Of a stretch of 64,000 bases of DNA, positions 1-8,974 are shown in pieces. A model generated the notes under the pieces. The model ran no database searches and was not told the DNA's origin. It saw only the letters and a list, made by a program, of their open reading frames with translations. Position 1 is the stretch's first letter. Each line of letters opens with the position of its first letter. Made by a program: the position numbers and the translations under genes. Source of the stretch: Methanobacteriota archaeon (GTDB lineage: Archaea; Thermoplasmatota; E2; DHVEG-1); NCBI GenBank assembly GCA_963769885.1, contig CAVYNH010000007.1, forward strand, positions 32,001 to 96,000. Reading direction: 5' to 3'.

Positions 1-91
1 CATCTTCAATATTAATCTGGTGACGATTTCGGTCCAGTTTGCTCCGGGGTGGATCGACTAGACAAGACCTTGAGACGCTGGTGGAGTCTCT

Positions 92-1282
92 GTGAGATCT
101 GCAGAGGGTCGTCGGTGGTTTTCCTCTGGTAGCCGAGGCGTGGCCTCGCGCTGGCGGGTCCTGATCCTCGTCTGCGGGGTCTCGGTGTGCCTCCTCATCG
201 GCGGATTGGAGCATATTCGTGTGTATAGTTCAAGTCAGACGGTGACCAAGCATGGCTATGGGTTCTTGGTGGTTCCCCCTCCGCAGTGGTGGGGGAGCAA
301 CTGGACGTATGTGAAAAAAATCGTCGTGAACCATTCGAGGGTCTCGTCCAATCTGGTGAATTTCCCGGTCTTGATCTCGGAGGAGTCAGACGCGGATCTG
401 GCTGCGCATGCACAGGCGGACGGTGGGGATATCGTGTTCGTGGACGATGTCAATACGACACAGTTCCCCCACGAGATTGAGAAGTACGACAATGATTCTG
501 GGGCGCTGGTCGCCTGGGTGAAGATCCCGTCCCTGTCCTCAGAAGAGGATACCATCGTGTACATGTATTATGGGAATCCGGGCTGTGAGAACCAGGGGGA
601 GGCGTCCGGTGTATGGGATGATTCGTTCTCCGGGGTCTGGCATATGCGAGATGAGACGGCATTAATAGTACCCGACAGTACCTCGGAGGAGAACGACGGC
701 TTGAAGCTAAGTGAGGGTCATCCGGTACAAGGATCGGGAGTGATCGGGGATGCAGAGGTTTTCAATGGCGTTGATGATGTGATTACAGTTTCGGGGTCGG
801 ATTCGGTGAATCCTGCAGTGTTCACACTTGAGTATTGGGTGCGGAATTCACCGCCGCAGACCGGTGATTTTTTCGCGCGGATGACAGGGAAGACGAAAGG
901 GTTTGAGACGGCGATCGACAGTGACGACGGGTACCTGAACGACGATGTGAGTGTCTGTTTCTATGATGGCTCCTGGCATGATACAGGGTTCGATGCATTG
1001 GCTGGGGCCTGGTATTATCTCGCCTGGCGGTATGACGGCGTCAACGTGACGTTGTCGGTGAATGGCTCTGAGGTGTTTCGCCTGGATGATTCAGGCGTGT
1101 TCCTCAGCGGGAATCTCTCCTTGGGGAATGCGGAGGGGTCGTTGCAGGGGCTGAGCGGCGGTCTGGACGAGGCTCGCCTCTCAACGGTCGTGCGCAGCGA
1201 TGCCTGGATTGCGACGAGCTATCAGACTATGAGCGTGCCTGGCTCTTTTGCCAGCATCGGCCCGGAGGTAGCCAAGGGGTAA
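92..1282 (+). CDS. Membrane-anchored DUF2341 + LamG/ConA-like domain protein
   Basis: N-terminal hydrophobic segment; NFPVLI...DIVF...HEIE...AWVKIP..IYMYYGN (DUF2341-like); GVWHM, WYYLA, G.LDE.RLS (LamG-like). Start uncertain. Confidence 0.75.
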   Translation: MRSAEGRRWFSSGSRGVASRWRVLILVCGVSVCLLIGGLEHIRVYSSSQTVTKHGYGFLVVPPPQWWGSNWTYVKKIVVNHSRVSSNLVNFPVLISEESDADLAAHAQADGGDIVFVDDVNTTQFPHEIEKYDNDSGALVAWVKIPSLSSEEDTIVYMYYGNPGCENQGEASGVWDDSFSGVWHMRDETALIVPDSTSEENDGLKLSEGHPVQGSGVIGDAEVFNGVDDVITVSGSDSVNPAVFTLEYWVRNSPPQTGDFFARMTGKTKGFETAIDSDDGYLNDDVSVCFYDGSWHDTGFDALAGAWYYLAWRYDGVNVTLSVNGSEVFRLDDSGVFLSGNLSLGNAEGSLQGLSGGLDEARLSTVVRSDAWIATSYQTMSVPGSFASIGPEVAKG

Positions 1283-1375
1283 GGGCTGGGGAGAGCTCAT
1301 GGCTGTTTTTCTCGAGGCGGCGACAGATAGGGGCCCCCATATTCTTTAAATATACCTAGCGGATTCGGTGTCTTC

Positions 1376-1759
1376 ATGGCAGTATGGCAAGGCGGCCCCC
1401 GACGGTCCCGAACCGGGCGACGGATTCGCTATGCGCGAAACAAGCGGAAGTTTGAGATCGGGCGGGAGACCACGCTTCCCACTATTGGAAGCACCAAACA
1501 GAAACCCGTGAGAACCCGGGGGAATCATCGCAAGACCCGGCTGCTGGTCGGGAACCAGGCGTATGTGACTAATCCGAAGACCCATACCACGGCGAAGACC
1601 GATATCATCACGGTTGTGGAGAACCCGGCGAACATCCACTACGTCCGACGTAACATCCTGACGAAGGGTGCGATTATCAACACGAAGCTGGGGAAGGCGC
1701 GGATCACCTCGCGGCCGGGGCAAAGCGGCGTCATTGATGCCGTCCTCCTCTCAAGCTAG
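1376..1759 (+). CDS. rps8e: 30S ribosomal protein S8e
   Basis: MAVWQG..R..TG, KRKFEIGRE, VVENPAN.HYVRRNILTKGAII, ARITSRPGQSGVIDAVL; TTTAAATA box at ~1345. Confidence 0.97.
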   Translation: MAVWQGGPRRSRTGRRIRYARNKRKFEIGRETTLPTIGSTKQKPVRTRGNHRKTRLLVGNQAYVTNPKTHTTAKTDIITVVENPANIHYVRRNILTKGAIINTKLGKARITSRPGQSGVIDAVLLSS

Positions 1760-1772
1760 GAGGGAGAGGGTT

Positions 1773-2072
1773 TTGGTTTCGCGTGGGGAGTCCAAGGTTG
1801 TGGTCTGGCCTGCGTATTTTGACAGTTCCCGTACACGTGAGCAGGGCCGTCGTGTGCCCAAGCGGTTTGCGGTGGAGAAGCCAACCTGTGATGATCTTAT
1901 CGCGGCGGCGAAAGCGCTGCGGATGCCGATAGTCGTAGAAAAGGATGCCGCGTACCCGGGGACCTCGTGGAAGCGTGATGGTCGTCTGGTGATTGTGAAG
2001 TCTGGCCCGAAGACCGCGATGTTGCGGAAGTTGGGTGAGCGGTTGCGGGCTGCTAGGGAAGAGAAACTATAA
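1773..2072 (+). CDS. srp19: Signal recognition particle protein Srp19
   Basis: VVWPAYFDS..TR..GRRVPK..AV..P motif; TTG start after GGAGGG. Confidence 0.92.
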   Translation: MVSRGESKVVVWPAYFDSSRTREQGRRVPKRFAVEKPTCDDLIAAAKALRMPIVVEKDAAYPGTSWKRDGRLVIVKSGPKTAMLRKLGERLRAAREEKL

Positions 2073-2133
2073 AATGGCTTAGTGTATTTCAAGTGTCGCA
2101 CTAACCTGATGATTTGCTGAGTGGAGACGCAGT

Positions 2134-2841
2134 ATGGAGCCTTCTGGTTCGATGTATGACGAGGCGAGCACGATTTTCTCTCCTGATGGTCGGTTGTTTC
2201 AGGTTGAGTATGCGCGTGAGGCGGTGAAGAAGGGCGCGACGACGATCGGGGTGAAGTTCAAGAATGGGGCGTTGTTGCTTGCGCAACGCCCTGAGTTGTC
2301 GCATCTGGTGCCGTCGACGTCTCTGGAGAAGATTTTTCGGATTGATGACCATATTATTTGTACGGTGACCGGGTTGGTCGCGGATGGCCGGCATTTGATT
2401 GAGCTTGCTCGAGAGGAGGCGCAATTGAACCGGATCCGGTACCTGGATGCGATTCCGGTGAAGGCGCTGGTTGACACGATTTGTGAGTACGAGCATATGT
2501 ATACGCAGTTCGACGGCGTTCGGCCCTTTGGGGTCGTCTTGCTTGTGGCTGGGATCGACGAGCGTGGGGTGCATCTATTTTCGACGGATCCGTCTGGGGC
2601 GTACCTCGAGTATAAGGCGATTTGTGAGGGGAGTAAGAGCCAGACGGCGATGACGTATTTTGCGTCGAATTACGCGGCGAATCTGTCGATCGGTGATGCG
2701 TTGGAGTTGTCGGTGGCTGCGTTGCAGAAGTCGTCGAAGAAGAAGTTGGTGCCGGAGATGATTGATGCGGCGGTTATCGATGCGAAATCCGGTTTCCATC
2801 TCGTGTCGAGTGAGATGAAGAAGAAGGCGTTTGGGAAGTAG
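2134..2841 (+). CDS. psmA: Proteasome alpha subunit (divergent N-terminus)
   Basis: FSPDGRLFQVEYAREAV, RPFGV.LLVAG, TDPSGAY. Confidence 0.93.
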   Translation: MEPSGSMYDEASTIFSPDGRLFQVEYAREAVKKGATTIGVKFKNGALLLAQRPELSHLVPSTSLEKIFRIDDHIICTVTGLVADGRHLIELAREEAQLNRIRYLDAIPVKALVDTICEYEHMYTQFDGVRPFGVVLLVAGIDERGVHLFSTDPSGAYLEYKAICEGSKSQTAMTYFASNYAANLSIGDALELSVAALQKSSKKKLVPEMIDAAVIDAKSGFHLVSSEMKKKAFGK

Positions 2842-2872
2842 ATTGGTTTTTTGCCTGTTTTTTCTGTTGTTG

Positions 2873-3467
2873 TTATTTTCCTTTTCTGCCTGAGGTGAAC
2901 AGGTGGCGTTTGGCATGGGGAAATTGGGCTTCGGCGACGGATTTGACGTCTTCGATGGAGTAGAAGGCGTGGGGGTGGATGCTGTGAATGTGTTGGATGA
3001 TCTTGGGGAGGTCTTTGCGGCGGATGATGGCGGTGATGATTTTGACGGGGCCGGTGTTGCCTTGGCCGTCGTAGGTGGTGACGCCGTAGTTTTCGGCTCT
3101 GAGGCTGTCGATGAGTTGGGTGGTGTCGTGCTTGCAGGTGATGCGGATCATGACCATGCCGATGCTGATTTTCTCTTCGAGGATGATGCCGACGAAGTTG
3201 CCAGTGGCGAAGCCGGCGGCGTAGGCGAGGCTGCAGGGGATGTTGTTGAGGTTGGTCATGATTTGGCCGATGGCAAGCAGCCAGATGTTGATTTCGACGA
3301 AGCCGACGAGGGGGGCGATGTATTTTAGCCCGTGTGATAACGAGATGATGCGGATGGTTCCGAGTGAGACGTCGGTGAGGCGTGCGCAGAAGATGAGGAT
3401 AGGGAGGAGTACCCATTTGAAGAGGTCTGAGGAGTAGAAGCTAAGGAGGTCTATGGCGATGGGTCAT
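2873..3467 (-). CDS. DUF2179/DUF5698-type membrane protein (apparent +1 base after the start codon)
   Basis: The frame extends upstream of the track ORF as IAIDLL...IFCARLTDVSLGTIRII...GFVEINIW; YAAGFATGNFVG. The ATG at 3467 is out of frame by one extra C (ATG ACC C ATC). Confidence 0.8.
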
Positions 3468-3605
3468 CCCCTGGTCGTGATTATAGGGAGGAGAATGCGC
3501 TGTGTTCTTATAAACTCTTCAATTTGGTTGTGTCTTTTTGGGTGTCGAAATCTTTTTATTGGTTTTGTTTTTACCTCTCTGACACACAATTGTGGGGTTG
3601 TGTTG

Positions 3606-3803
3606 ATGAAAAAGCTCTCGGTCGGCACGGATGACTTCTGTCAGAAGTGCATGGATTGGCGTGAGTTCGACGAGAGTGGGAACTGTAAGATCTGCGGGTG
3701 TCATATCAAGAAGCAGTCACAGGCCAGTAGAAGTACGGTGGAGTACGACCTCTCGGATTTCACGACGGAGCATGAGGAGGAGCCGAGTTCCGGAGAGTAT
3801 TAA
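3606..3803 (+). CDS. Small CxxC...CxxC zinc-ribbon protein with acidic tail
   Basis: FCQKC..W....GNCKICG; GGGG upstream; T-rich tract after the stop. Confidence 0.6.
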   Translation: MKKLSVGTDDFCQKCMDWREFDESGNCKICGCHIKKQSQASRSTVEYDLSDFTTEHEEEPSSGEY

Positions 3804-3936
3804 GGCCTCCTTTTTCCTTTGTTTCTGTTGTTACGTTTCTTGTTTAACTTATTAATACTCTTGTTTTAATTCACGATTTTTGTTGTTGGCTGGGATGAGA
3901 ATCCTTAAATTTTGTTGACGCGTTCGTGGTCGTTGG

Positions 3937-4785
3937 ATGGATGCACCGGCGGTGGTTCGAGCCGCGATCTACACGCGGGTTTCGACTGAAGACCAAGCCA
4001 AGGAAGGCTTTTCGCTTGATGCGCAGCTTGAGAAACTGCGTGCGTATTGTACAGCGCGCGGCTGGTCCGTGGCTGGCGAGTACATCGATGACGGGTACAG
4101 CGGACGAAAGGCGAAGCGTCCCGCGTACATCCGGATGATGGAGGAACGGGGGAAGTGGGATACGCTCTTGGTCATCAAGATGGACCGGATCCATCGGAAC
4201 TCCAAGAACTTCATGACCATGATGGAGGAGCTCGGCCGAGAGGGCAAGGAGTTCGTGTCCATGATGGAGTCGCTGGACACGTCGACGGCGATGGGGCGGT
4301 TCGTCATGGATATCATCCAGCGGATTGCACAGCTGGAGTCCGAGCAGATCGGCGAGCGCGTGTACATCGGGATGGAGCAGAAGGCGAAAACCAATGGGGG
4401 CATGCTAGGTTTTAACATACCATACGGGTATGACTACGTCAATGGAAAACTCGTCGAAAATAAAACAGAATCCCCCCAGATAAAAAGAATCTTCGAGTTG
4501 TATCTTGCTGGACAAAGTATGGATAAAATTGCAGAATTGCTTAATCAAGAAGGAATTCCTTCGAAACAGAACAAAAAATGGGGACCTCACACCATTCAAG
4601 TAATTCTTAAGAATCCGCTCTATTATGGATTTCTTCACTGGGAGAAATATATGAACAAGGGGGATTATCCGCCCTTGATCGATCAAAATACTTTCACCAA
4701 GGTCCAAGAGATTATTAAAAAGAGGAAGACGATTGTTCGCCGTCAATTGAAGAAAATCAAAGCACCTACAACCGTAAAAAGTTAG
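3937..4785 (+). CDS. Serine recombinase (resolvase catalytic domain + recombinase DNA-binding domain)
   Basis: YTRVSTEDQ (catalytic Ser), DDGYSG...RP, KMDRIHRN, GFNIPYGY, ILKNPLYYG. Confidence 0.93.
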   Translation: MDAPAVVRAAIYTRVSTEDQAKEGFSLDAQLEKLRAYCTARGWSVAGEYIDDGYSGRKAKRPAYIRMMEERGKWDTLLVIKMDRIHRNSKNFMTMMEELGREGKEFVSMMESLDTSTAMGRFVMDIIQRIAQLESEQIGERVYIGMEQKAKTNGGMLGFNIPYGYDYVNGKLVENKTESPQIKRIFELYLAGQSMDKIAELLNQEGIPSKQNKKWGPHTIQVILKNPLYYGFLHWEKYMNKGDYPPLIDQNTFTKVQEIIKKRKTIVRRQLKKIKAPTTVKS

Positions 4786-4792
4786 AGGAATC

Positions 4793-5554
4793 ATGAGGGA
4801 GAATGATTTTTCCTGGGAAATAAAAGCCCAAGCCTTGAAAAAAGCAAATAATCATTGCGAGCGATGTTGGTCCGAAAAAGACCCCGAATGCCATCATATT
4901 GTCCCATATGAGCTCGGTGGTCAATCAACATTAGATAACTGCGTGGTTCTTTGTCATCATTGCCATAACATTGCACCACGTGATCCTTTTCTATTAACAA
5001 ATCTTTTCCTGCGATTCGCCTCCAGTAAAGAATTAATCAACTATTACAATGTAAAAACCGAAGAAGAAGCTATTCAATGCTTTTGCCGAGAAACAAATAT
5101 TGATTTTCAAGAGACGCTTATAAAAATTAGGAATGATCCCTATTCACATGTATATGCAATTAAAAATGGCATGGAGGAACGTGTTAAAAGGAAAGGACAT
5201 GCCGGATTCAACATCCCATACGGATATATTTATTTTCAGGGCGAATTGAAGGTCTACCCAGAAGAAGCAAAGATCGTTAAGGAAATTTATCAGTGGTATC
5301 TTGAAGGAAAAAGCCTGGGTACTATCTGTAAGATGCTGAATTCGGCCCATGTTCGGTCCAAAAAAGGGAGTGTCTGGGCGAAGAAATGCGTTTCTACAAT
5401 TTTGAAAAATCCTGTCTACTGTGGTTACCATAGATGGATGAATCTTTTAGTTGCAGCAAAACATGAAAAGATAATCGACCCAATAGTCTACAATCAAGTT
5501 CAAAAGATGTTAGTGCTACATCATGGCATGCCATTTATCTTGGAGTTAAAGTAG
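4793..5554 (+). CDS. HNH endonuclease fused to a recombinase DNA-binding domain
   Basis: CERC...ECHHIVP...GG....NCVVLCHHCH (zinc-HNH); C-terminal GFNIPYGY...W....V..ILKNPVYCG. Confidence 0.85.
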   Translation: MRENDFSWEIKAQALKKANNHCERCWSEKDPECHHIVPYELGGQSTLDNCVVLCHHCHNIAPRDPFLLTNLFLRFASSKELINYYNVKTEEEAIQCFCRETNIDFQETLIKIRNDPYSHVYAIKNGMEERVKRKGHAGFNIPYGYIYFQGELKVYPEEAKIVKEIYQWYLEGKSLGTICKMLNSAHVRSKKGSVWAKKCVSTILKNPVYCGYHRWMNLLVAAKHEKIIDPIVYNQVQKMLVLHHGMPFILELK

Positions 5555-5835
5555 GTGTTTTTTGCTTTGGCCGCATCTTTCTCATTCCATTTGGACTACC
5601 GATATGAATGACGAGGGAAATGGAAAAGTCTGGGTTTCCCTCCTGGACCCTTCCTGTTATTCTCCTGATAGATAGGGATGCCAACAGATATGCAGAATCA
5701 TTCTACTTCTGGTTTTCTCGAAGGAGATACCGAGGATCCTCTTGTTTGAGCATCGAAAGCCTGGATTTTACGACGAATTTGGCGCGGCAGCCGCGCATTA
5801 TCCATGCTAGATTTTCTCTTGCACTTGTATATAAT

Positions 5836-5968
5836 TGTTAGCAAGTAGCAATGGACTATGTAAGAGCTATTTGCATTATATGCTAGCAAATAACATGGAA
5901 GATTTGTTAAAGTTTTGGCAATACTTGTTAGCAAATAGCATTGCTGTAAATAAGAGCCATGCTAACAC
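5836..5968. repeat. Three TGYTAGCAA.TARCA units at 45-bp spacing plus an inverted copy
   Basis: Units start at 5836, 5881 and 5926; TGCTAACA at ~5960; TAAGAGC at 5861 and 5951. Confidence 0.7.
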
Positions 5969-6285
5969 GAATTTATCGATTTCATTTCTTCCCTTTACAA
6001 ATTAACTAAGAAGCATTACAAACTTCACAAAATAACGATAAGAATTGAATTCACCGAAAATCAGCCAAAAAAATCACCACAAACCCATCCGTACGAGCAG
6101 ATATCCGTCGTCACAGCCGAACACACCAGCCGACCTCATTGCTCCTGCCTCCGCCATAACCACACAATCCAGACCAGTTTAAAATAAAAAAAATACCGAA
6201 ATTTAACAGGTAAATCCTAGAAAAAATCATGTGTGACGAAATATTCAAATACGAGGGAAGCGCTCCCCGACATGGGGGAACCAAG

Positions 6286-6954
6286 ATGAAGATCCATAAC
6301 ATTGTCCCACTCATTGTCATCGGCTGCGTCCTGATGGCATCGGTCGGATACACGCAAAAGGCCACCGACACCCAACAGAACACCTTAACCACCGTCGACT
6401 TCGTCGACTGCACCGGCCACACCCCAATCACCCGCACCATTCAGATGCCCACCAGCCAATGGCGCGCGCTCCAACACGACCTCAGTGAAATCAGATCCTC
6501 GGGTCCGCTCACCAAAGAGTCCTTTACCGCCCAGATCCACGTACTCCAGCACTACGGCCTCATCAGCAACGATGCCGCCACCACCCTCTATCCGCACTAT
6601 GCCACGCGAACCAGGACCGTCCTCCCCGCGATCAACAACTCCAACATCAACGCGATGTGCGCCATCAGCGTCACCCTCAACAGCATCACCCCTAACGGGA
6701 GCACCGTCGTCCTCGGGCTGAACAGCTTCATCAACTACATCGGTTTCGACATCGTCAGCTTCCATTACGGTAACGCCACCGACGGCATCCAGACCACCGG
6801 GCTCGTCAAGAAGACCTCGCCGCCCGGCGAATACTCCGGTTTCATGTTCGGCTTCCTCGGTTATTGGGTCGGTGAAAAAATAAAAACCGGCGTCTACAAC
6901 AACCTCACTGCTGTCGGCTTCACCGTCATCACCGCCTGGATCCCCGTCCTCTAA
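6286..6954 (+). CDS. Secreted/membrane hypothetical protein
   Basis: Signal-peptide-like N-terminus; T-tract after the stop. Confidence 0.65.
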   Translation: MKIHNIVPLIVIGCVLMASVGYTQKATDTQQNTLTTVDFVDCTGHTPITRTIQMPTSQWRALQHDLSEIRSSGPLTKESFTAQIHVLQHYGLISNDAATTLYPHYATRTRTVLPAINNSNINAMCAISVTLNSITPNGSTVVLGLNSFINYIGFDIVSFHYGNATDGIQTTGLVKKTSPPGEYSGFMFGFLGYWVGEKIKTGVYNNLTAVGFTVITAWIPVL

Positions 6955-7008
6955 TACACCTATTCATCCCTCTTTTTTTATATTTCTCTTTTCCACCCCC
7001 AGTAGACA

Positions 7009-7563
7009 TCACACACGGTACACCAAAATGTACATATTCTCTGAATCCCGGACCAGCTCGAACGCCAACATCGTCCGTCCCTCTTTTCTTAAAATCAGAC
7101 TCTCGTCCCCAAGCTGAACCCGCCCATCCTCAAAGAGCCCAGCGCGAAACCCCACATCAGGATCCGACAGCCACACCACCTCCTTGCTCGCCCCCTGCAC
7201 CAAGAACACGATCACCGCCCCCGACCCCGTCACCCCCGCCTCCAACACCCCGTCCCCATCAGGATCCGAGTCACCACCAAACGACACAAACACACACCCA
7301 TCCGGCACCTCCACCGGCATCACTCGCCGCGTCCCCAGCCCCGCCATCGGGTCGCGCAGATCCCGCGGCGACCCACCCCGCACCAGACTCACCAACTCCC
7401 CTGCGATCCCCTCGCACTCCCCCCGCAGCCGCTGCGACGCCAACGTCGGCTCCAGCACATACACCCCCACTACCCACACCCCCAGAATCGCCCCGATAAT
7501 CGCCAGGCTCATGACCACCCGGATCGGGACCATCTCCACCCCCCACGCGTCCAGTCGACGCAT
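7009..7563 (-). CDS. Pilin-like protein with probable class III signal peptide
   Basis: MRRLDAWG|VEMVPIRVVMSLAIIGAIL; next to a secretion ATPase locus. Confidence 0.55.
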   Translation of the reverse strand: MRRLDAWGVEMVPIRVVMSLAIIGAILGVWVVGVYVLEPTLASQRLRGECEGIAGELVSLVRGGSPRDLRDPMAGLGTRRVMPVEVPDGCVFVSFGGDSDPDGDGVLEAGVTGSGAVIVFLVQGASKEVVWLSDPDVGFRAGLFEDGRVQLGDESLILRKEGRTMLAFELVRDSENMYILVYRV

Positions 7564-7564
7564 C

Positions 7565-8827
7565 TCACCGTCTCTCCGCCGGTAGCGCCACCGGCTCCTC
7601 CCCCGCATGCCACGTCACCCTAGGACGGATCCGCACCACATGCGCGGACTCAGAGGTATCATCCACCACCACCGCTACCCCCTTCTCCCGGCCCAGCTGC
7701 CGGATCAACCCCCCGATGTCGCCCGCTAGGTACTCCGGCCGCACCCGCCCCAACGCCACCAGGTCCTCCTGCGCCGTCACCCGATGACAGATTACTAAGT
7801 CACTGTGGGCGAACACCTCCTCGTCCACCGCACACGGCCGCTGCGTCGCCATGATAAGGGACAACCCCGGTTGCCGGCCTTGTCGCATCCATTTCGACAC
7901 CAGAACCTCTTTACTCAACGTTACCCCCTGATTTGGGAGGAACACCTGCGCCTCGTCCACCGCCAGCCACGCCATCGGCAGCCCCCGCTCGCCAGGGTCT
8001 AGACCGAGCCGCCCCCGTTCGTACGCCTTGCGCGCCAGCACCCGACCCTCGAAGATCTGGTCCGCGACCAACGCCACGACCGTATCCTTCAGCTCCACGC
8101 TTGGCAGATAGCTGATGTCCAACACCGAGACGTCCCCCGGCCGCACCACTTCCTCGATCCGTACTCCCCGCGCAGAAAAAACCCCCCAAGATTCCGCCAT
8201 ATGAATAAGGTTCCCGGCGGCTACTCTCAGAAGCGGGTCGAACTCCGTGCATCCCTCTAGCCACGCCCGGATGTCTTTCAATGAGAACTCCGGTTTTTCC
8301 TCACGGATCGACAGGACGGCCTTCGCTAGGACGATGCCGACCGGATCCATCGGCGACAGTTTGAACAGATGGCACCAGGAGGCAATAGACAGATCTGAGA
8401 CCCGCACCGCGTACGGCACCACCTCGATCCCAAGCCCCCGCGCCCGATTAACAGAGCCCTCCGGGACGAACACCCGCACCGGCATCCCCTGCTCACCATT
8501 CTTCCCCAGCACTGCCGGGTATGCCATTGTCCAGAAGATCCCCAACGTATCGACCACGACCACCCCGAGATGCTCCCTCACCTCCGGCTCCAACCTTAGA
8601 AACTCCTCAAGAAAAACCCCGATCGTGTACCATTTCCCGTACCCCCGCTTCCCGCAAATCAGCACCACATGCGGGTGCAGCGCGTCCACATACACCTCAG
8701 CGCCCGCGGACCCATCCAACGCATGGTACCGCCCTAAACGCAAGACTCCCCTCGCCTCTTGCTCCCGACGACCAAGCACCATCGGCGCCTCACGGAACCG
8801 ACCGCCGACTGCCTTTTTCTGAATCAT
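7565..8827 (-). CDS. HerA/DUF87-like ATPase
   Basis: Walker A GKRGYGK(W)YT, VVDTLGIF, Walker B LAVDEAQ, RQGRQPGLSLIMATQRP. Confidence 0.88.
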   Translation of the reverse strand: MIQKKAVGGRFREAPMVLGRREQEARGVLRLGRYHALDGSAGAEVYVDALHPHVVLICGKRGYGKWYTIGVFLEEFLRLEPEVREHLGVVVVDTLGIFWTMAYPAVLGKNGEQGMPVRVFVPEGSVNRARGLGIEVVPYAVRVSDLSIASWCHLFKLSPMDPVGIVLAKAVLSIREEKPEFSLKDIRAWLEGCTEFDPLLRVAAGNLIHMAESWGVFSARGVRIEEVVRPGDVSVLDISYLPSVELKDTVVALVADQIFEGRVLARKAYERGRLGLDPGERGLPMAWLAVDEAQVFLPNQGVTLSKEVLVSKWMRQGRQPGLSLIMATQRPCAVDEEVFAHSDLVICHRVTAQEDLVALGRVRPEYLAGDIGGLIRQLGREKGVAVVVDDTSESAHVVRIRPRVTWHAGEEPVALPAERR

Positions 8828-8974
8828 TGTTCCATGTACCTCCCAGACAAACCAAAACTTAAATACATCAAATAATATATAATTCATTCGTTTGGGAGGT
8901 TAACAACCACTTTCACCATACCTGTGAGAAGCGGACGCTCTCACCACACCCAAGCGGGAGAACACCAGAACACG

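Noticed and set aside
1376-2841. Genome-wide TAG reassignment
   Set aside because: Conserved genes such as rps8e and psmA end at TAG at their expected lengths.
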